The notes: generated by a model not told the origin, from the letters alone. Shown: positions 55,280-64,000, counted from the first letter of the stretch. The stretch is DNA of 64,000 bases from Candidatus Acidiferrum sp. (GCA_035506715.1 DATJOW010000017.1:14078-78077); one strand, 5' to 3'. Numbers and translations are program-made.

Positions 55280-56971
55280 TCATTTCATCATCAAAATAAT
55301 CACCATGCCCCAAATGGTAAGCAGGGTGTTGCCGACGGCGTAGGTGACGGTGTAGCCCAGCGCTGGCACCTGGCTGCGACCCAGATCACAGATCAAACCC
55401 AGCGACGCCGTGGTCGTGCGCGCCCCGGAGACAATGCCCAGCGTGAGCGCGTCGTGGAAGCGGAAAAGGAACTTGGCGACGAGCATGCCCAGCACCAGGG
55501 GAAGGGTGGTCACGAGAGCGCCCCACAGGAACAAGCTCACACCCTGCGTCTTCAAGCCGTTGACGAAGCCCGGGCCGGCGGAAATGCCGACGATGGCGAT
55601 GAAAATGTTCAGCCCCACCGAGTTCATGAACCAGACGGTTGGGCTGGGAATGCGCCCGAAGGTGGGGCGCACCGACCGGAGCCAGCCTCCCAGGATTCCC
55701 GTAATGAGCGCCCCTCCGGCCGTGGACAACGTCAGCGGCACCCCCTTCACCTTGAGGACGAGCGCGCCCAGCAGCGCCCCGATCCCGATCCACGCACCGA
55801 TGAACGCGACATCCGCCACGTCGGTGGAATGATCCGGCACGCCCAGCAGCTTGGTGGCGGCATTGACGTCCTGGTTCCGACCCACCAGGGTCAGGATATC
55901 GCCCCGCTGAACTTTAGTATTGGGCAGGATGGGAATTGTTGTGCCGGTCGCCCCCCGCGTGATTTTCCGCAGGAACACCCCACGCGCCGCGGGCGCGTTC
56001 GCCAGCTCGAGAAGCGTCTGGCCATCGACGGCCTTGTTGGTTACGTAAACATCCACGCCTGACACCGGCACGTTCAACAACTCCGGGTCCTCGATTTCCT
56101 GTGCGCCTTCCCCGATCAATTTCACAAGCAGTTCACGCCGGCCGACAACCGCCACCACATCGCCTTCCTGTAACACAGTGTCCGCGGTGGCTTCCTCGAT
56201 CGTTCCGTTCCGGCGAATCCGTTGGACGAAGAGGCGCGCTTCCGGGAGCAGTGTTTCAGCCTCGACGACCCGGAGGCCGACCGCTTTCCCGCCGGTCTTC
56301 ACCCGGAACGCCCGCAGCTCAAACTGATGCCACGCGGAACCGGGTCCCCCCATTTCCTTGGTACCGCCGAATTTTTCCTCGTAGTCCCGGCAAGCCGCCG
56401 GCAGATCGATGCCGAGCAACTTGGGACCGAGCAAGGCAATAACGAGCGCCGAGCCCACGGTGCCGAACAGGTAAGTCACCGCGTACGCCACCGGCATCCC
56501 GTCGAACATCGCCTTGGTCTGGTCGGGCTCCAGCCCCAGCCGGTTGATGGCGTCGGTGGCGAGCCCCATCGACGCGGAGATGGTTTGTGAGCCGGCGTAA
56601 AGCCCCGCCGAGTAACCATAATCGTAACCGGCCATTTTGCAGACGACGACGGTAACAACCAGGCAGAGCACACACTGGACCACGGAGAAGAGCGCCTGCG
56701 GCACGCCGTCCTTGGCGATGCCGCGGACGAACTGCGGCCCAACTCCATAGCCAACGGCAAACAGAAACATCAGAAAAACAGTCGCCTTGAGGGGCGCCGA
56801 AATGGTAATCCCGATCTGGCCGATCAGGACGCCGGCCAACAGGGTGGCGGTGACCGACCCGAGGCCGATGCCCTTGAACGTGAATTTGCCAAAGTAGTAC
56901 CCGAGAGCCAGCGTGAGAAAGATCGCAATCTCCGAATATTCACGCAACGTGGCGAAGAACCAGGCAATCAT
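55280..56971 (-). CDS. Second AAE-family (AspT/YidE/YbjL-type) transporter
   Basis: Paralog of 50742-52469 (for example [25 protein letters not shown] and [16 protein letters not shown]) with two central RCK_C domains. Confidence 0.85.
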   Translation of the reverse strand: MIAWFFATLREYSEIAIFLTLALGYYFGKFTFKGIGLGSVTATLLAGVLIGQIGITISAPLKATVFLMFLFAVGYGVGPQFVRGIAKDGVPQALFSVVQCVLCLVVTVVVCKMAGYDYGYSAGLYAGSQTISASMGLATDAINRLGLEPDQTKAMFDGMPVAYAVTYLFGTVGSALVIALLGPKLLGIDLPAACRDYEEKFGGTKEMGGPGSAWHQFELRAFRVKTGGKAVGLRVVEAETLLPEARLFVQRIRRNGTIEEATADTVLQEGDVVAVVGRRELLVKLIGEGAQEIEDPELLNVPVSGVDVYVTNKAVDGQTLLELANAPAARGVFLRKITRGATGTTIPILPNTKVQRGDILTLVGRNQDVNAATKLLGVPDHSTDVADVAFIGAWIGIGALLGALVLKVKGVPLTLSTAGGALITGILGGWLRSVRPTFGRIPSPTVWFMNSVGLNIFIAIVGISAGPGFVNGLKTQGVSLFLWGALVTTLPLVLGMLVAKFLFRFHDALTLGIVSGARTTTASLGLICDLGRSQVPALGYTVTYAVGNTLLTIWGMVIILMMK

Positions 56972-57306
56972 ATTTTACCTTTTTCCTTCCTTGCTTCCGG
57001 CTTGGTTAAACCGGCATTGTGGATTCCTCAATTGTCCAATCGGCACGCCGGCCAGCGGCTGGCCGGTGACCTTGCCAAGTCTGATTTTTCCCATCCTTAC
57101 ACCGCCCGGCAAAGTTCCCCGCGTCGCCAACAATGACATCACGGACTCAGGGGGAACATGAGCGGCCATTTGGCGTGTCAGGGCGATTCTGCCCGAACAA
57201 TGCCTCCCGGCGATCCGGTGATAATCGGTCGTCATTGTTTGTTGCGTGCGCGGGCTCAGTACCGAAGTTTCCTTCCTGTTTACGCGAACCAGTGCATGCC
57301 GGTCTA

Positions 57307-57322
57307 TTGGACTTTGGTCCAA
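57307..57322. promoter_or_regulatory. Palindromic operator candidate TTGGACTTTGGTCCAA upstream of the decarboxylase/antiporter gene array
   Basis: TTGGAC-N4-GTCCAA. On the minus strand it is followed after 24 nt by TAAACA. Counterpart of the site at 32996-33011. Confidence 0.5.
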
Positions 57323-57469
57323 GCCTAAGGTGCAGTATCAGTGCAATTTATGAAAATTCGTAGCCACACTTGGGACGGACAGCCTGAAAGCCGCCTTATG
57401 GCTAATAGCCCTTTCCCCGTCCTTGGCGGCAACTTGCGCTTCCACCATCCGGCAAAATGACGCGACGGG

Positions 57470-58501
57470 TCACTGATTCCCGGACATTCCCGGTAATCCT
57501 TCGCGAATGCGGGTAGAAAAATCCGGGTCCTGGTCGGCCGCCTTCGCCTTGTCGTTGATCAAACTGCGTTTTTTCAGCTCGGCCATCGGCAGGCTGGTGT
57601 CAATGCGACCGCGCTCGTACAGCAATTCGTTGCCGAAGCCGTTCACCAGCATCCGCCAGTCCCACGGGGCGCGGTCGGCGGCGGCGCGCTGCGTCCGGAT
57701 GCCGGTCGTGCAGTTGTCGGTAACCGCGTTGTACCACTCCGGCCGCGCGTGCAGGGAGTTCAAGCGATGAACGTAGTCGAGAAACAACTGGCGCGCCTGT
57801 TGGGGCGAACCCCGCAGCCGGTAAAGGTAAGCGTCCTCACCTTTTCGATAGTTCGTCCGCAGCCGCACGAGGTCGCGCTCGTCGGCGGCGACGTAGGTCA
57901 GCTCAAACTGGCGGTACAACCCTTTGATGGCCGAATAGCCCTCCCCCTTTTCCTTCCGTGTTTCGATGGAGAAACAGAGGTAATCGCCGCCTTCGAACCC
58001 AAAACTCATCATCGTGTGCGCCATGTACGGCGAACCCCAATAGACCATGTAGAGATCCACGCTGCGGAGCTTGTCCAAGTCGAAGGTTTTGTCGTAATGA
58101 CGCACCACGTAATCGGTCTCAGTGCGGTAATCACAATTCCGGATGTTGTGCATGGTTACGAGGTTGCCGTTGATGTCGGCATAGGGCAGCACGGCCAGGT
58201 CCGGCGTCCAGTCGCGGTCGTTGGACGGCGGTATGAGGAGGAACCAAATGACGACGCCGGCAAAGGCGGCCAGGAAGATGACCCGCGCCAGCCAGCGGGG
58301 CCGAACCCAGATAAACACCGCCATAGTACCGATGACGAACGCGACCGCCCCGGCGGTTCGCAGCCAGGGCGCCGGCAGGTTCGAGTAATAGATGGCGCCC
58401 ACCGACCAGAGCGTCAGGATGGCCACCATCAGCCAGTACAGAATCCAGCCGGCGGCGCGCAGCAGCCAGCGGAGCACGCGTTTTCCCGGATTCTGGATCA
58501 T
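57470..58501 (-). CDS. DUF4105 domain membrane protein
   Basis: N-terminal TM helices, then NIRNCDYRTETDY...VDLYMVYWGSPYMAHTMMSFGF...FSIETRKEKGEGYS...YRQFELTYVAADERD, typical of DUF4105 (from memory). ATGA overlap with the upstream gene. Confidence 0.75.
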   Translation of the reverse strand: MIQNPGKRVLRWLLRAAGWILYWLMVAILTLWSVGAIYYSNLPAPWLRTAGAVAFVIGTMAVFIWVRPRWLARVIFLAAFAGVVIWFLLIPPSNDRDWTPDLAVLPYADINGNLVTMHNIRNCDYRTETDYVVRHYDKTFDLDKLRSVDLYMVYWGSPYMAHTMMSFGFEGGDYLCFSIETRKEKGEGYSAIKGLYRQFELTYVAADERDLVRLRTNYRKGEDAYLYRLRGSPQQARQLFLDYVHRLNSLHARPEWYNAVTDNCTTGIRTQRAAADRAPWDWRMLVNGFGNELLYERGRIDTSLPMAELKKRSLINDKAKAADQDPDFSTRIREGLPGMSGNQ

Positions 58502-60453
58502 GGCGATGCCGCACCCGGATTGGGCGGCGGAGTGAACGTGTTGGGCGGCAACGAAGCGATGTGTTCGCGCAGGATGCGACGCACTTCCTCAATGGTGGCG
58601 GGTTTGTCCTGACAGGAATGGAAGCTCCGCACGATGAATTCTGATTCCGCGTAATCCACGTGCGCGCTGGAATATTTCACCAGCCCGTCCTTGCCCTGGC
58701 GATAATCGCCCTCGCCTTGAACAGCAATGATGGAATGGGCTTTGATTCCGGGTGCCGGCGGAATTTCGGCCAACGCCAGCAAGAACGGATTGTCCGGCCG
58801 CATGCTGTCCAGGCTCGTCGGCAACCCCTTCAATTCCCCCGGCACGCCCAGTTTTTCCTTTAATCCCACCAGTTCCTTGCTCTGGTCCAAAAGCTGTCGA
58901 GGCAGGGAGACAAATTTGCGCGCCAGGCTGCGGGCAAAACCGGTGGCCAGGTAACTGCCCCGGTGCGGCGTGCTGATGAAGACCACTTCTTTGACGAACG
59001 GCAGCGGCTTGTAGAAAAGGTATTTTTCAATCAGCGCCTGTTGAGCCGGGGAGAGTTTAAGCGATTCCAGCCGGTTGGTGTTGAGGACGTTCCAGAGCTT
59101 GTCTCGGGTGTCGGTCACAGTCAGCTTGGTGAGCAATCCGCCCTGGCTGTGGCCCACCACCACCATTTGTTGCAGGGCCGGGTCCTTCCCCTCCGGGTCC
59201 ACTTCCTTCACCTTGGCGGCCAGCGCCTCGCGCAGCCGGCTGGCGGAATAGACGACCGGGTTGCCGCTGTTGTAGATGAAATACCAGAACTGGCAATGTC
59301 GGGCCAGCACCGGGTCGGCGGACAGCGTGTTGATCATTTCCGCCCACCAGACCGGACTGCTGAATGTGCCATGCACGAATACCACCGGCACCAGGCCCGG
59401 CTCGTAAGGGCGCGTGAAATAAATGTCGCTCGGAATCTGCTCCTCGGCGGACAGGAACTGGACGTTGCCGAGGCTCCAGACCATGGATTGGTTCATGACA
59501 TAGGCCAGCGGCGCGGTGGTGTCGGTCTCCAGGGGGACCACGTGGCTGCCCACCTGGACTTTGTTCGTGGTGTAGGGCGAATAGAGCTCCAGGGTGGCGC
59601 GGAATCTGTTGCTGGCCAGGTCAGCCGGCCCACTCTCGATCCGCAGGAAGGCGGTGGCTGCCGTGCAGCGGGAAAGCTTGACCTTGTCGTTGGGCCGGCC
59701 CACGGCAATGAGTGGCGCACCCAATCCCGGCTGGATGTTGCGCACACTCAGCCCGCGCACCAGGAATTGATCGGCCAGGATGAAGTTTTTGGCATCCGTC
59801 ACCGGCCAGGGAAATCCGGAGGGGTCGAACTTCACGTCAATTTCCCCTGCCGGCAAATGCCAGGTGCCGCCCTGCAACACGGCCACGGCGTTGGTGGCCC
59901 GCCGCTCGGTCAATGCCCAGCCCAGGCCGGAGTTGTAGAAGTTGCAGGCGGCCCGAAACCGGTCGTCATAGGCCGGCGCCGTGTCGTTGGTGCCCTCGGC
60001 CCGGAGGAAAAACCAGGCATAAACCGCCGCCGCCAGGTAATAATTGCGCGCGTCCTGCGGCTTCCAGGTCCAGGCGGCCCGACGCACCCGTTCACCCTCG
60101 ATGAAGTTTAATTCCGACAAAGCGTACAGCAAATCGCTTTCGCCCGTCTCGACCGCCTTCCGGCGCAGCAACTGCAGGGTGGCGTCGGGAGATTGTTTAA
60201 ACGTCTCGTCCTGGTCGAAGCGATGGAGCACGGCGCAGGTTTCGGAACTTACCTGGCCGCTGCTGAGCTCGTTCCCATGAACCTGCTGAAAAACGATCCG
60301 CGGCGACGTCTTGTCCGCTCCGATCGGGGTCACACATCCCGGGGCAAGGCCCAGCAGGACCATGACGGCCAGACCCAGAAGCGCGCGCGCGGCCGTAAAT
60401 ATCCCCGGCCGTTGACGGCCGGGCTGCTCAGGGATTGCCGGATTCCTGATCAT
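58498..60453 (-). CDS. Lipoprotein with C-terminal alpha/beta-hydrolase (lipase/esterase-like) domain
   Basis: Lipobox LLGLAPGC. Nucleophile elbow VVVGHSQGGLL. C-terminal HS...D region. Confidence 0.7.
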   Translation of the reverse strand: MIRNPAIPEQPGRQRPGIFTAARALLGLAVMVLLGLAPGCVTPIGADKTSPRIVFQQVHGNELSSGQVSSETCAVLHRFDQDETFKQSPDATLQLLRRKAVETGESDLLYALSELNFIEGERVRRAAWTWKPQDARNYYLAAAVYAWFFLRAEGTNDTAPAYDDRFRAACNFYNSGLGWALTERRATNAVAVLQGGTWHLPAGEIDVKFDPSGFPWPVTDAKNFILADQFLVRGLSVRNIQPGLGAPLIAVGRPNDKVKLSRCTAATAFLRIESGPADLASNRFRATLELYSPYTTNKVQVGSHVVPLETDTTAPLAYVMNQSMVWSLGNVQFLSAEEQIPSDIYFTRPYEPGLVPVVFVHGTFSSPVWWAEMINTLSADPVLARHCQFWYFIYNSGNPVVYSASRLREALAAKVKEVDPEGKDPALQQMVVVGHSQGGLLTKLTVTDTRDKLWNVLNTNRLESLKLSPAQQALIEKYLFYKPLPFVKEVVFISTPHRGSYLATGFARSLARKFVSLPRQLLDQSKELVGLKEKLGVPGELKGLPTSLDSMRPDNPFLLALAEIPPAPGIKAHSIIAVQGEGDYRQGKDGLVKYSSAHVDYAESEFIVRSFHSCQDKPATIEEVRRILREHIASLPPNTFTPPPNPGAASP

Positions 60454-60470
60454 ACGCTTCCCCCCAAATT

Positions 60471-61481
60471 TCAGAACCGGAAGGCGACGTCAAGACCGAA
60501 CGAGTAACCGGTAAACCCATTGTTGCCCCAAAGATACGACCCGCCAATGCCCAGCCATTGCACTTTCCACAACTGGTTCAAATAATCCAGCACGACCCGG
60601 CCGTGGATCTCGTACAAGTGGTTGATGGGCAAGCCGTCCTTGATGCCGCCGTAAAACTCGGTGCGGCTGAAATAACCGCCCGTCCGCAGTTCATGGCCCC
60701 ACAGATCCTTCCCCAGCGGCACGTCCACGTCAATCTTGTTCATCCACGTTTCCGAATCCCCGCTGATGTCGATGTTGGGATTCGAAGCATGGAAACTCTC
60801 GGTGTAGAAATAGGTCGGGGTGGAGTCCAGGGTAATGATGGTGCGACGCCAATTGTAAATATAGCAGATGTCAGCGGCGGGCCGGATGGTCCACGTGTCC
60901 ACGTTAAAATCCACCAAGCCCTCCTGCTGCGCGATGGGTTGAGCGGCTACCGCTCCGGCATTGCCCCTGGCATAAAAGGTATTCTCCGTATGGCCATACA
61001 TCCCCATGAACGTCGGCGCGATGCTGAAGTGGTCGCTGAACCATAAACGCGCGCCGCCGCCGAACTGGATCGAGAAATCGCGGTACTTGTTCTGTGCGCC
61101 GTTCAGATTGTAGGGCGTCCCGTTCAGAGTGACGATATCATTGGGGCCGAAATCCCGCTTCGCGTAGAGATAGCCCATCTCGCCTTGCAGGCGAGGCTGC
61201 CAGGCGATCGGCAAAGTCCCGAGCGGTTGCGGGTCGCCGATGTCACCATATCCCCCGAACTTGGAAATGTTAATGTCCCCGCCGCTGCCGCCGCTAAACG
61301 ACGCGCCGGTCATGCCGAAGTCGCCGCCCAGAATCGTCGCTGCCTCGATTCGATCGCCCACCGTGTTTCTGAGCTCATTCACTTGTGCCCGAGCGGGCAC
61401 GGCGGCCAGCAACGGAGAGAGCAGGCCAATGACACAAGTGGCCGGGAGGCCGGCTCGGGAGAGATACAGTTTTTTATTCAT
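60471..61481 (-). CDS. Outer-membrane beta-barrel protein
   Basis: Signal peptide ending AVPARAQ, alternating hydrophobic strands, C-terminal GLDVAFRF with terminal Phe. Confidence 0.65.
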   Translation of the reverse strand: MNKKLYLSRAGLPATCVIGLLSPLLAAVPARAQVNELRNTVGDRIEAATILGGDFGMTGASFSGGSGGDINISKFGGYGDIGDPQPLGTLPIAWQPRLQGEMGYLYAKRDFGPNDIVTLNGTPYNLNGAQNKYRDFSIQFGGGARLWFSDHFSIAPTFMGMYGHTENTFYARGNAGAVAAQPIAQQEGLVDFNVDTWTIRPAADICYIYNWRRTIITLDSTPTYFYTESFHASNPNIDISGDSETWMNKIDVDVPLGKDLWGHELRTGGYFSRTEFYGGIKDGLPINHLYEIHGRVVLDYLNQLWKVQWLGIGGSYLWGNNGFTGYSFGLDVAFRF

Positions 61482-61486
61482 AATTT

Positions 61487-63205
61487 TTATTGAGTTTGAG
61501 ATGCACGTTTCACCGGGTTCGCAGCCGCCGACGGTTCGGGACGGGCCGGTTCGGGAGCGGCGGGAGCCTCGAACCAGCGTGCCTTGGGCACGACCACCTT
61601 TTCCTTCGGGTCCTGGAGGTAATGCGGGGAAAGAATCTGGACGCCATACTCATTGAAGAGATCCTGGATGTGCGTATGCAGTTCAGCGAGCACGAAGATG
61701 CGCTGGGGCGGCTCCTCCAGCCCGACATTCAACTGATACTCCACGTAGAAATCCGCCAGGGACCGCTGCAGGACAAACGGCGCCGGCTTGCGGCGCAAAC
61801 CGGAGGTGAGGGCCGCGGCCTCGAGCAGCAACGCGTGCACCTGGCGCCAGGGTGTGCCATAGCCGATGGTGACCGCCGTTTTGATGATCACGCCCTCTTC
61901 TTCAGCCACGCGCGAATAATTCTTCAAGGCCGTGTTCAACAGCATCAGGTTGGGCAGATGGATTTCCTCCCGCCAGGGAGTGAGGATCTTGGTGGAAAGA
62001 AAGCCGACCGAGGTCACGGTCCCCTCATATTCACCGGCCTTCACATACTCGCCCGGCCGCAGCGCCTTGGAATACATCAGAACGAGGCCGCCGGTAAATT
62101 GCCCCATCACGCTGCTGGCTCCCAGCGAAACCAGGAGCCCGACGAATACACTGACCCCGCGGAAAGCCTGGCTGCCGCTGCCCGGCAGGTAGGGATACAT
62201 CATGACGGCCGCAAAGATCCAGACCACGACCAATCCCAGCCGCCCCGTGGCCTTGGCCGCCTGGGGGTCCATCCACTCCACGCGAATCTGGCCTTTCTGA
62301 ATGGCGCCGAAAAAACCCCGCACCGCCTGGCCAACCAGACGCGCCAGCACGATAATGACCACCACGACAAACAGGTCGGGCAGCGCCGCGAGGACCGAGC
62401 GGGCGAGACCCGAAAGCGTATCGAACAGAAACCGGCCCAACTCCTCCCCCCAGGGCTCGGTGTAGGGAAATTGTGCCAGGCAAAAGGTGCCCCAGGCATA
62501 CGCGTTAATCAGCATCAACAGCCAGACCAACAGCCGGATCACGGAACGGATCAGGAAAGTCATGCGGCTGAGAAAAATGTAGCCGCCCCGCATCAAGCGG
62601 TCGCCCAGCCGGCGCACCATCTGGTTGATCTTGGGCATCACCCAATGTTCGACGCGCCAGAGCAGCCAGGATACGAACGCGAAAAGCAAGGTGGCCCCCA
62701 AGGTCAGCAGGATGGCCCGCGCCAGGAAAGGCCACCATTGGTGTTGCTTCTGCGCTTCCGAGATCACCACCTGGAGATCGCTCACGCTCGCCTGCACCGC
62801 TTGTTCCAACGTCTGGCCTTCAATGACATCCACGTCGGCCGGGGTGATCATGAAAGCCCGCTCGCCTCCGATGGTGATGACGACGCCATCCGAGGATGGG
62901 TGCGACTCGACGGTGCCGGCCGGGTATTTGGCAATCAGTTTTTTAATCTGCTCTTGCGCGTAGCCCGCGCGCTCCGCCGGCGTGTAGCCGTAATTCATGG
63001 CGCGCAGAATGGCCACCGGCCGGTTGAAGACCTTGACCGCGGCCGGCGGAGGCGACGGCAACGCCGAAGCGGCGGCTGGGTCCGCGGCCATTGCCGCCGA
63101 CCACCCCAGACCGAGCAAAAGACCGAGCCAAGCGGCCGACCTTCGGCAACCGCCAACCACCTTCAAAAAAAGACTGTATGTCTCGGCTTTCACCTTTGCG
63201 TTCAC
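61487..63205 (-). CDS. MscS-family mechanosensitive channel with large N-terminal periplasmic/TM extension
   Basis: MscS core GEYVKAGEYEGTVTSVGFLSTKILTPWREEIHLPN. I propose a GTG start at 63205, overlapping the upstream stop as GTGA. The ORF-track start at 63316 would overlap the upstream gene by 115 nt. Confidence 0.8.
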   Translation of the reverse strand: MNAKVKAETYSLFLKVVGGCRRSAAWLGLLLGLGWSAAMAADPAAASALPSPPPAAVKVFNRPVAILRAMNYGYTPAERAGYAQEQIKKLIAKYPAGTVESHPSSDGVVITIGGERAFMITPADVDVIEGQTLEQAVQASVSDLQVVISEAQKQHQWWPFLARAILLTLGATLLFAFVSWLLWRVEHWVMPKINQMVRRLGDRLMRGGYIFLSRMTFLIRSVIRLLVWLLMLINAYAWGTFCLAQFPYTEPWGEELGRFLFDTLSGLARSVLAALPDLFVVVVIIVLARLVGQAVRGFFGAIQKGQIRVEWMDPQAAKATGRLGLVVVWIFAAVMMYPYLPGSGSQAFRGVSVFVGLLVSLGASSVMGQFTGGLVLMYSKALRPGEYVKAGEYEGTVTSVGFLSTKILTPWREEIHLPNLMLLNTALKNYSRVAEEEGVIIKTAVTIGYGTPWRQVHALLLEAAALTSGLRRKPAPFVLQRSLADFYVEYQLNVGLEEPPQRIFVLAELHTHIQDLFNEYGVQILSPHYLQDPKEKVVVPKARWFEAPAAPEPARPEPSAAANPVKRASQTQ

Positions 63206-63567
63206 GACCCTTTCACCAGCCAGTCCCGGGCCTTGGGCAGGTCCTCGGGCAGGAAGTATTCGATGGCGAATCCGCGGTAGCCTTTTGCCACAAAGATCAG
63301 GGTCAGATCTTCCCAACGCTTGTCGCCCACGATGGCCATCCGCTCAATGTGCTGGTCGTATTCGGCCTGGAACGAGACGTCATCCCAGTTCCCGGCGCCC
63401 TCCCAGCCCTGGAAGTTCTCGGCGATGATCAGGAGGCGGATTTTGCCGTGGCGCGTAATGATGCCGATGGCCTGCTGTTGGGCCCGGGCAATCTCAGGCT
63501 GTGTCAATTTCCCAGCGACTTTGACGGTCAAGATGCCGTCCGCGTAGCCGAAAATTTCTACACTCAT
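63202..63567 (-). CDS. SpoIIAA-like / STAS-fold protein (DUF3478-like)
   Basis: ATG at 63567 verified. ILTVKVAGKLTQPE...GKIRLLIIAENFQGWE...ERMAIVGDKRWEDL pattern matches the STAS_2/DUF3478 family (from memory). Confidence 0.65.
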   Translation of the reverse strand: MSVEIFGYADGILTVKVAGKLTQPEIARAQQQAIGIITRHGKIRLLIIAENFQGWEGAGNWDDVSFQAEYDQHIERMAIVGDKRWEDLTLIFVAKGYRGFAIEYFLPEDLPKARDWLVKGS

Positions 63568-63628
63568 AAGCGGGTCCGGGGCAAACCGGCAGGTGGCACG
63601 ACGTGTGCCACCTGCCAGATCCATCGGT

Positions 63629-64000
63629 TTACAAGTCGGTGTTATTTTGACCCTTCTGCAATTCCATCAGGCGTTCGTCGAGATGTTCCGCCCAATAATC
63701 CATTGACAGTCTCACGTCTCCAAACGTCCCGTCAAATTTTGTGCGGATGGCTTTTGTGCCGGCCCGCCGGTCCACCGCCGCCGCCAACCGCTGGCCCGTC
63801 ACCCCGTCCAGGATCTCCATCTCGCCCTGGCAGATCCCCACGCCTGAACCGCTCCCGAAAATCACCCGCTTGACGAGGCTGATGCCCATCCCAATCGGCA
63901 TCACGCTCGATACGAAGTTGATGACCGGCCGGCATTTCTTCGCCTCCGTGATCGCCGCGTGGATCACCAGCGTGTTCGGACCGGCCTTGTCCACCAGCTC
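63629..64000 (-). CDS. C-terminal part of a DUF3313-like lipoprotein (5' end outside window)
   Basis: The frame stays open to the window edge, and the ORF-track 'M' at 63994 is a GTG. Family call is from memory with low certainty. Confidence 0.5.
   Translation of the reverse strand, partial: ELVDKAGPNTLVIHAAITEAKKCRPVINFVSSVMPIGMGISLVKRVIFGSGSGVGICQGEMEILDGVTGQRLAAAVDRRAGTKAIRTKFDGTFGDVRLSMDYWAEHLDERLMELQKGQNNTDL

Noticed and set aside
56975-57322. 115-aa minus-strand ORF in the long leader upstream of the AAE transporter
   Set aside because: Arg/Gly-rich with no motifs. It spans the palindromic operator and abuts the transporter start. More likely non-coding leader.
1-64000. Search for phage-defence systems, toxin-antitoxin pairs, transposases, integrases, prophage genes, tRNA or rRNA genes
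   Set aside because: I recognised no nuclease/helicase/methylase/reverse-transcriptase/recombinase signatures and no tRNA-like T-arm (GGTTCGAAT-type) in the intergenic regions. The window looks like core chromosome rather than a mobile or defence island. A tRNAscan/Infernal/PADLOC run would be needed to be certain.

Overview
GC-rich (judged by eye, not computed) bacterial chromosomal segment. The gene content and repeat style suggest a PVC-group (Verrucomicrobiota-like) organism, but that is inference only. I support about 50 protein-coding genes. I saw no rRNA, tRNA, CRISPR array, transposase, integrase or phage genes. All family calls come from motif recognition by eye, with no searches run.

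Layout: bases 1-19.6 kb carry mixed-strand housekeeping and envelope genes: the glgA 3' end, lepA-lepB, an ECF sigma / anti-sigma / beta-helix-RDD membrane protein operon, a GH42-like hydrolase, an M20 peptidase, maf, aroK-queG, a GNAT and an MDR dehydrogenase. From 19.8 kb to the window end every supported gene is on the minus strand, mostly with gaps under 80 nt or 4-nt overlaps.

Most interesting points:
1. One 809-codon frame fuses a cyclic-nucleotide-binding domain, a complete acetate kinase and a complete PduL-type phosphotransacylase. It is translationally coupled to a 777-aa exported repeat protein and followed by phosphoketolase (xfp).
2. A roughly 12-kb cluster runs porin, exported glutaminase, periplasmic asparaginase, aspartate 4-decarboxylase, AspT-like antiporter, a large Orn/Lys/Arg-family decarboxylase and a second AAE-family antiporter.
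3. A 16-bp palindrome, TTGGAC-N4-GTCCAA, lies at nearly identical spacing from a -10-like hexamer upstream of both of these operons.
4. An MlaA/VacJ domain is fused to an alpha/beta hydrolase.
5. A GH63-GH13-SulP-AI-2E operon is tightly coupled.
6. Non-coding signals: heptamer tandem repeats in phase with the lepA and aroK start codons, a three-copy dispersed intergenic repeat with a GGCATCTTCCAGATGCC core, and a conserved promoter-like box.
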